Positions 55,547 to 64,000 of a stretch of 64,000 bases of DNA are shown here, piece after piece; positions within the stretch are counted from its first letter, which is position 1, and every line of letters begins with the position of its first letter. Source of the stretch: Eledone cirrhosa (taxonomy: Eukaryota); assembly GCA_964016885.1 (NCBI GenBank), contig OZ024743.1, positions 189,782,001 to 189,846,000 of the forward strand, in the 5' to 3' direction. Position numbers and translations under genes: made by a program. The notes below the pieces were generated by a model, which was not told the origin of the DNA, did no database searches, and was given only the letters and a program-made list of their open reading frames with translations.

Positions 55547-56163
55547 TATATGGGGGTTGCAATTACATATGAAGCAAACTGTCACTCTCTGTAATTTGTT
55601 TACTAATATATGTAAATGTATATAATAAAATATGTATAGGATATATAGGTTGTTCTTACTTAGCCTCTGATCAGCTGACCAGCCTTGTTTGTTTCAAATA
55701 GTCACATACTAATGCTATTCCAGCCATGATCATTTTGTGCACATTTTCTTTATTTAGAATTACATTATTCAATATGACAGGAGAGTCAGATTTGTAACAA
55801 TTTTGGCTGCTCTCTCTAGCATGCCAAGCAACTGCACATGTGTTACATTATTGACTCATGTATTTTTGGTAAGACAATGAGTATTTGTAACAGAGGCTTC
55901 CTGTCGTTGAAAGCCATCAGCTTATTGAAATATCTTACTGAACATACTACTATGACTGGCGATGTAACAATGCTACTGAATTTCCCTTTCAGTTTTAGAG
56001 AAACTGAGAACTAGCTGTAATTGTTAGTGACTACCATGGAAAAGGGATATCATTTTTTTTGAAAATTAGAATTAATTGATTTACAAACGTTGAAGAAGAA
56101 ATATCTAATCTTTGCAAAGAGAAACTGTGCACATGTCTTAGTCTATTAGATTTTACCAGCATG

Positions 56164-56328
56164 CAGAGCCAGATTAAGGCCCTGTGCTAGTTAAGTTATG
56201 AGGCCCCTTTCTTGGACCCTGAAGGAGGTAGGCCCAGTAATTTTTTCTTTTATTTTTCGCAGGAAGATGGTCCCTCATGGCTAACAGGGCCCTGTGCACA
56301 CCTACACACAATGGTAAATCTGACACTG
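56164..56328. mobile_element. hAT-like MITE
   Basis: imperfect TIRs cagagccagatta / taaatctgacactg; 8 bp TSD-like ccagcatg/ccagcaca. Confidence 0.6.
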
Positions 56329-56497
56329 CCAGCACACTATAATTTAACAAAGTTGCAGATTTGTTGACACAGATATTTGCACATAGTAAAATAGTTGGAA
56401 TATCTCTTGTTTTACACTTGATCTAATGTTACCTACTTGTATTGACCTATTATGTGAGATTTTGTAGGATAGCATTAAAATGGCTGTGATTTTACAA

Positions 56498-56630
56498 TGG
56501 CTGAAAACGTCAAGCAACATATTTGCATCAAATTTTGTATGAAGCTTGGTGAATCATTACCAAGACCCTCAATATAGTTCGTTAGGACTTTGGGAGACAT
56601 TTTTATGTATAACAAAGATTTTTGAAGTTC
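56498..56630 (+). pseudogene. mariner transposase N-terminal remnant
   Basis: MAENVKQHICIKFCMKLGES matches the QRxCIKFCxKLG start of mariner transposases. Confidence 0.7.
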
Positions 56631-57828
56631 AAGCAAGTATTGGTTCAATCCCACTGAAGTAAGCGTTGCCTTTCATCCATTAGAGCTTGATAAAAAATGT
56701 ATTGGTTCAGGATATACGAGGTTTAAAGTGCCCAAGATATGCAAAAAGAGTTGGTTAAAGATGTTGGACATTCAGAGTGATCAATCTATACCCAAACATT
56801 AAAACATGGCAAAATATAAAACCAATGAACTAATAAAGCTAACTCCAAAGCTTCTAAGTCATACATACCAACAACAGGATGTGGGACCAATGAACCATTT
56901 TTATATAGAGTTAGTCAACATATTTCATTTTAAAACAGAAAATATGCCCAAATAAAAAACAAAAATATAATGAAAATATAATAATTTCTATAGAAATAAG
57001 TATTTTAGAAACAGAAAATATATCCATAAATCTGAAGAAGAAATATTTCCCATAGCAAACATTAACAATTTTCAATAAATATATTTATAAAAATAACATA
57101 AAAAATGACAAAAGAATAACAAATATAAGTAATCAATAGAATGCCAGAAAACAGTAAAAAGAAACGTTCTTAACTACACAAAAATAGAAGAAAAAAGCAA
57201 AACAAAATTAGAAACCAACCAATGACAGAGTCACAGACAAATCCTGAATAAAATAAGAAAAAATGGAACACCAGCGTAAAATAGATATCTTAATTCAACT
57301 AGATTTTAAATTAAATGCAAGAATTGCTGGAGCTAACACAATAATATACTTGCGTCGTCACCCAGAAATCAGAAGGGATGTAGATGTAAAAGCCAAACTT
57401 GCTACTTTCAATTCCAGAATATGATTATGAAAGAAAACTGATAAAATTGGGCCACTCCAATGGGCCTATGGAGCAATGTTACTTAAAGCACGTAACCTGG
57501 AAATAAGGGAGTCACTTCAGGAAAAGTCATTACTTCTTTACATTGAGATATTGCAGACGCAGTAGTAGAGACATGTGACTAATATGTCTAAGGAAAGAAT
57601 CACAGGAGAGATCTTATAAAGAAAGCTAACTGGCAGAAAACCCAGATGTAGACCACAAGCACTATAGTTGGATAATATCCATAAGCTTAGTTGGACATGC
57701 TTGGGGATCCATCCATATCTTTTGGAGACTGTTGTTTCTGATAGGATCCTCTGAAAGACATGTTTGCCCCAATGAGCCTTTCAGCCAGGAATAATAATAA
57801 TAATGATAATAATAATAATAATAATAAT

Positions 57829-58668
57829 GCTTTCTTTATTAACCACAAGGGTTTACACAAAGTAGACATTAAGGACAGTACAGGACAATACAGGACGGTA
57901 CAAATGGGCATTTCTGCGTGTAAAAAACAAAAAAACAGAGGAAGTAATAATAGAACAATGAAAAAATTCCCCAATAGGGGCGAGACTTCCGAGGGCCATT
58001 GTGGAGAAAGCCCATTAAAAAAATCCACGGTGACCCTGACCACCAGAGCAATTGTCCTCTCCCAGTTTTCCACCTTCAATTTACAGACATATACTCAGAG
58101 TAGGTCCATTCAAACGAGCCTTCTTGCCTCTCTCACCCATCTTTCAACAAAATGCTGGGAAGAGAGCACCTCCCTCTCTGCCCTGATTTTCCTTTTCAAA
58201 TGAAATTGGAAAAAGTTAATCAGGGCATCACCAAAGAGGTAAGTGCTCGTCTTTAGCCCTTTCAGATGTGTCCACCATACTATCTCTTTCGCCATGGCCA
58301 CCAGACAGATAAAAACTGCCTGCCCTTCCCGGCTAAATGAAGAGGGCGGGGCAATCCTCATGAGGGACTCAGCTGATAGTCAGATCCGTTCTACATGCGA
58401 CAGCAGGTGTTCGACATAAACCCACAAGTCAGCAATGCTCGGACACTGGACGAGTGCATGCAGGACGGTTTCATCGCCCTGCGCGCATCTCGGACATGCC
58501 CGGCTGATGGCACCTGCATGCCTGTAGAGTTTATCCCGAACTGGCAAAGCTCCTCAGTAGCACTGCCAAGCCAGGGATTTCTGGAAGTTGTCCATAGGCC
58601 CCGGTCCGAAAGTTCATCCAAAGAGATTGGCTAGTTGATTTTCGTCGACGCCTAGAGTTTCCCCAAGT
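57829..58668 (-). mobile_element. Tx1/L1-clade LINE 3' fragment in (TAA)n
   Basis: LPVRDKL...CPRCAQGDETVLHALVQC knuckle, ...FVERW; aataaa before the (TTA)n tail. Confidence 0.8.
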
Positions 58669-58689
58669 AATAATAATAATAATAATACC

Positions 58690-59606
58690 TGCACAAATAT
58701 GTGACTGACAGTAGGGAGCCAATGCTCAAAATTGTACTGAAGGAGAAGACAATAGACCAGGGGACGTCCAAGGAGGAAGAGCAACCTTCATGAAAAATCA
58801 CTTCATAGTACCTTCTTTAAGAAAACGGAATTTAGAGATCCACAGACATAGAACTGGTTAAAAAGAGGAGACCTTAAAAGAGTTACAGAAGGAATGCTAA
58901 TGGCTGCGCAAGAGCAAGCCCTTAGAACGAAGTGGGTGAAACACCATATTGACAAGCAGGAGGCTAGCTCACTATGTAGGATCTGTGGAGAGAGAGAGAG
59001 GAGACTGTGGCTCACATTGTATCCGAGTGTAAACACCTAGCCCAGACTCTCTATAAAGGCTGGAGACATGATGTGATGGGCAGGGTGATCCACTGGCATC
59101 TATGCAAAGTAAACAATTTACCACATTCTGAGAAGTGGTATGAGCATAAGCCAGAGTCGGTGATAGAAAGTGAAGGTGCTATGAGATTTTAGGATACAGA
59201 CGGACAAGAAATTAGAACATAATAGGCATGACCTGGTGGTTTTGGACAAGGAAAAAAGATCGTGCCCGATTGTAGGTGTAGCCTGCCCATTTGACACGAG
59301 AGTGCAAGAAAAGGAGAGGGAGAAATTTAACCGATACCAGGATTTAAAGTGGGAGTTAAAAAGGATTTGGAACTGCCATGAAATCAAGGTCGTCCTGATT
59401 GTCATAGGTGCACTAGGTACTATCTCAAAGAGTTTCCAAAGATGGTTAAAGAAGATTAGCCCAGCCCCGCTTTTTGGAACACTTCAAAAGGCATGCTTGC
59501 TGGGAACAGCAAGAACCCTCCGATATATCTAAGGCTGCAGGTAACGGCTTGATATTCATTTCAACAAACTTTCCAGTTAAATAACATCAATGACTGAGAC
59601 TCAAAG
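58690..59606 (+). mobile_element. R4/Dong family B 3' fragment (diverged)
   Basis: homologous to 34965-35922; (TAA)n flanks. Confidence 0.9.
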
Positions 59607-59645
59607 AATAATAATAATAATATTAATAATAATAATAATAATAAT

Positions 59646-60049
59646 TGATATGTCCGTTCCAATAGACAAGAATGTATCTATAAAAACATTTGAAAAATTG
59701 AGCAAGTATAAAGAGCTGGAGATAGAAATTGGAAAAATGTGGAAGTTGAGAACTAAAACAATACCAGTGGTTGTGGGCACTCTAGTAAAGGTACCTTAGG
59801 GGTCTAATGATTACTTATCCCAAATCCCAGGAAACCCGCATATAGAAGAAATTCAAAACATAGTACTAATGGGAACTGCCCATATACTAAAAAGATTCTG
59901 TCAATATAAGTACATTACAAGTCTAAACACCTAATGGTGCATGTGTATGTATGGTCTTTCTTGAACATAGCGGACCTTGTTGTCTCTTGAGGTCACTGGT
60001 TGTGACTTGGTGATAACTCGTATGAACATAAAGCAAGATAAATGCAACT

Positions 60050-60050
<1 letters not shown>
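59646..60050 (+). mobile_element. R4/Dong family A 3' fragment
   Basis: homologous to 33376-33786; (TAA)n flanks. Confidence 0.9.
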
Positions 60051-60086
<36 letters not shown>

Positions 60087-60189
60087 GAAGAAGAAGAAGA
60101 AGAAGAAGATTTTAAGATGTTATAATTAAATCAGGTGAGATGAAACTAGAATAATTTAGAAATTCTAATTTATCAAATAAACTCCAAGC

Positions 60190-60600
60190 CCTGGCTGGAG
60201 TGAATATTCCTTCAATTCGTAACCCAACTGAATTGTCTAGGGTTGCTGGGAAGAGGCAAAATAGTCTTACCCTTTGCCCTTAGGTAAGAGGTAGAAATCT
60301 CATTTGGGATGCCACAGTAAACAAGGTTTTTGCTCCTTCCCACATCCTAGATGTTGTGAGGAATGGAATAAAGTTCTGAAATACCAGGAATTATCAGTAA
60401 ACTATTTTCCCAGCCTGTAGCATTTATGGGGTTTGTGCGAATTGAACTGTTAATAACAAAGTTCTTGTCGTTGTTGGCATCTCAGCTAACTTAGCTATCA
60501 AGTGGTGCTCACAATGATGCTTTGTTATTCCAGCACCTGAGGTTCTCTATCATCCATAGCAATGCTGTTCATGTATTGGTTTGCTTCCAACATTCTTAGA
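60190..60600 (+). mobile_element. Old CRE-like RLE remnant
   Basis: decayed GRNLIWDAT...KY..L...LFQHL...NA pattern. Confidence 0.4.
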
Positions 60601-60997
60601 AGAATATTCTAGTGCCTCTTGTGCTATGTGACTGAATTTCTGGTTATTCTCCCTCTTTTTTCTTTACTATCTCCCAATTTGCCTTCCTAATCATTCTCCC
60701 AATGTTTCCTATTTTTAGAATTGTATATATCTGCATAATCATATCCATCATATGATTGATATTGATACATTTATTGATATATAAATACTTCTCAAATAAA
60801 TAAACCTTATCAGACTTTCCTTACTAGTTGTTGTTTAAGCTCTCATCAATCAAAGGCATTGTATCAATGCCTATTCATTTTCTTTCTTTAGTTATAGCAT
60901 ATTTCAAAATAACCTTTCCATTACCAAACTACTTAAAACCGGCCAAAATAACCTATTTATGTTTAAATGAAAATATGAAAGTAGCCCCCATTAGTAA

Positions 60998-61218
60998 GGC
61001 TGGTGGATTGGCAGAATCATTATAATCATTATAACATTGGACAAAATGCTTTACAGCATTTGTTTCAGCCCTTTACATTCAGAGTTTAAATCCCACTGAG
61101 GTCAACTTTGCCTTTCATTGATTAAGCTTGATAAAATAAATATCAGTCAAATACTGGATCGATATAATAGACTTATCTCAACTATGAAGAAGCAGGTTAT
61201 ATGCTTAGATTAGAAATC
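60998..61218 (+). mobile_element. SINE family 2, old copy
   Basis: ggtggattggcag head and gaggtcaactttgcctttcat core. Confidence 0.75.
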
Positions 61219-61238
61219 ATTATTGAATATAGAAATCA

Positions 61239-61411
61239 AGGCGGTGGATTGGCAGTATCGATAGAGGGTCGGACGCCATGCTTTCCAGCATAGTTACGTC
61301 CCTTTACGATCTGAGTTCAAATCCCGCCGAGGTTGACTTTGCCGGGGTCGATAAAATAAAGCACCAGTAATGCACTGGGTAATTGCTGGCCTTGTGCCTA
61401 AAGTAGAAACA
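61239..61411 (+). mobile_element. SINE family 2 with 20 bp TSD
   Basis: tRNA-like head; attattgaatatagaaatca repeated at 61219-61238 and 61412-61431. Confidence 0.88.
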
Positions 61412-62740
61412 ATTATTGAATATAGAAATCACAATAATATCTGTGATAGCACATGACTTCACTAGATAAACACTTGTTCAACATCGTCTGACATTTGTTA
61501 ATGTAAAGTTTGTCTCCTTTAAATTTGGGGATATTTTCCTCCATTGTAAATTGTATATTTTATCTAATTGTATATACATTTGGATAAAGGTGAGTAGCAG
61601 TCTCATGTAGGGGTTCTGAATTTGGAGGATTTTCAAAGAATAAAAACAAAGCAGTGTTTTGCAACCAGCAGAAAAATTCATAAAGTACAATTTAGGGCTG
61701 TATATTGTGCTGCAATTTGTGTTGCAAATAATGAGGGTTTGTTTTCCAGTGATTTAAAATATTTTGATTTCGAATTAACGTATTTAACTCACAAGGAACT
61801 TCAATGTATTTGATTTACATTGATTAATTTGTCAAAGTATGTTGAAATATTAAGCAATAAGGCACACATTTTTGTGTACATCAGGCATAAAACCAAACGC
61901 CAAAACAGCACTGATTATTGATGGACGTTATACTTACTTGATTTGTTCATTTGGAATGACAATAATTACGGTGTGAAGAAGAAGATGGATTGCAATTAAG
62001 AATGCACTGACAGTATATATAAATCTGGTAATCCTATAGTTAGAACAAAAACATATGTCATGTAAATAAAAAGAGCAAACAGATTTTATTGAAAGTTACC
62101 ACAATTGTATTGTACTGACTGTGTGGCCAAAACCATGCCTCTCACACAATCTTAAGGAATTTATATTTTTTATTTAATCTTTTCATTATGTCCTAAAATA
62201 TTCTTAGGCTTCACCACTGCGACATACAAGCAACTGGTGGGACATATTTGAGAATATCTGGTATATAGTAAATATGAGTATTGGAAATACCTTTTTACTA
62301 TATACTGAACCACAGGGGTCTCACAAGTATTATAACCATCTATAGTTTTGATCTGAATTAGCAATACAGTTGGGGAAAAACTATTCATTAACAAAAAATA
62401 GCTATTGCGAAAAAGGCAAAAGCTTGCCAGAGGGATACCCCTCTGAATTCATCAAATCTACATAAAATGAAAAGAAATCGATGGTCACAAAAAACAGTGC
62501 CAACATCTGAAAAGAAAAGCTCCCAGTAGGCAGGTAATTGAAATAAGAGCCAATTATGCATTTTGCAGAGAAGAATACTATCGCAACTTTCTCTGGCTAA
62601 AACATTATATAAATTGTGTATATGTAATTTAATTTTATAAACTAATTCATTTTCAAATTTCAAATTTACTAGAGTTTCAATTTCTTTTAATTTTATTTAC
62701 CTGTAAAGTGAATGAGAGTATGCTTAATGATTCATTATAT

Positions 62741-62783
<43 letters not shown>

Positions 62784-62835
62784 GCAAGTGTGGAACATGG
62801 ACGTTAAACGATGATGATGATGATGATGATATATA

Positions 62836-63402
62836 TCCAGGGTGAGTAATGCGAAGGTACTGTAGGTTCACCCAGGTGAGCACTCTATGTTTAGGTTCAT
62901 GTCAGTTGCGAGCTGTAGAGCTAGACAGAGTGTAGTATAATAATCGTTTCTACTTTTGACACCAGGCCAGAAATTACCCAGTACATTACTGGTACTTTTT
63001 TATCGACCCCGTAAGGATGAAAGGCAAAGTTAACCTCGACGGGATTTGAACTCAGACCGTAAAGCGAAGTAACTATGCTAGAAAGCATGGCGTCCAACCC
63101 TCTACCGATACTGCCAATTCACCGCCCTACAGAGTTTAGTATAATAATACAAGGACGATTTGTTAAGCCTTCATTAAATTTATTGATTGGTGACGTGTGT
63201 TTCACTATTGATCAGCTCAAGGTTCGATCTGTATTGATTTGGCCCAACTCTGGAATCAAAAGCTTGTCAGACCTCTGTCATAGTAATGACAGAATCGATA
63301 CAGCTTGATACAGATCGAACCTTGAGCTGATCAATAGTGAAACGCGCATCACCAATCAATAAACATAATGAAGGCTTAACCAATCGTCCTTGTATTATTA
63401 TA
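62836..63402. mobile_element. Fold-back PLE pLTR with a nested SINE
   Basis: arms 63140-63234 and 63308-63402; family 2 SINE (minus) at 62945-63128 with a 20 bp TSD. Confidence 0.75.
63189..63273 (-). ncRNA. Hammerhead motif (CUGACAA variant)
   Basis: ggt|ctgacaa|gcttttgat...atcaatagt|gaaa|cacacg|tc|acc. Confidence 0.55.
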
Positions 63403-63404
63403 TT

Positions 63405-63940
63405 ACAGGGTCGATAAAATAAAGTACCAGTAATGTACTGGTTAATTGCTGGCCTTGTGCCAAAAGTAGAAACAATTATTATATAAGGTAGTGGATTGGT
63501 AGTAACGGTACAGGGTTTGACGTCATGCTTTGCAGCAAAGAGTTATGGCCCTTTATGATCTGAGTTCAAATCCCGCCGAGGTTAACTTTGCATTTCATCC
63601 TTACAGGGTCGATAACATAAAGTAGCAGTAATACACTGGGATAATTGCTGGCCTAGTGCTAAAAGTAGAAACAATTATTATTATATATATAATAGTATAT
63701 ATATATATATATATATAATTGTATGTGTATATATATATATATATATATATAAATTTTGCTCTACATGGCTGAATACAATAAATGTAATCTGAGTTTTTTT
63801 AATATTAATAATTGTTTCTACTATTGGCACAAGGCCAGAAATTACCCAGTACATTACTGGTACTTTATTTTATCGACCCCGTAAGGATGAAAGGCAAAGT
63901 TAACCTCGGCGGGATTTGAACTCAGAATAGCAAGGGCCGT
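63405..63940. mobile_element. Cluster of SINE family 2 copies; the last is nested in a MITE
   Basis: 63405-63480 (+), 63487-63680 (+), 63812-63940 (-) with a ttttaatattaataat TSD inside the 63750-64000 MITE copy. Confidence 0.8.
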
Positions 63941-64000
63941 TTTAATATTAATAATAACATTCGATTCGTTTGCAATTTTATAGCCATGTCAGTAGAATGA

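Overview
AT-rich, microsatellite-dense metazoan DNA made almost entirely of nested transposable elements; the SINE/LINE repertoire looks like an octopus (coleoid cephalopod) genome, which is an inference. No intact host gene is visible; two short AG...GT-bounded segments may be exons of a large gene. Main elements: a near full-length RTE LINE with a PHD finger inside the RT (14.8-18.4 kb, minus) plus fragments; a Naiad-type Penelope-like element (PLE) with two ~1 kb pseudo-LTRs (20.0-25.2 kb); a BovB-like RTE ending in three C2H2-type fingers (28.9-36.2 kb, minus) whose 5' UTR (TAA)n hosts three stacked R4/Dong copies; a third R4/Dong family in (CATA)n interrupted by a very young non-coding Gypsy-type LTR element (37052-39227); Tx1, CRE, mariner and hAT-MITE remnants; and several tRNA-type SINEs. 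The most striking signal, absent from the ORF track, is about 12 complete type I hammerhead ribozyme (HHR) motifs plus half-motifs. Many sit in fold-back palindromes that turn at or near the HHR helix II hairpin and whose mirrored arm ends 33-64 nt past the predicted cleavage site. One ~400 nt rod carries an HHR at its apex. All folds were paired by eye, not computed, and element boundaries are approximate unless a TSD or LTR end is given.
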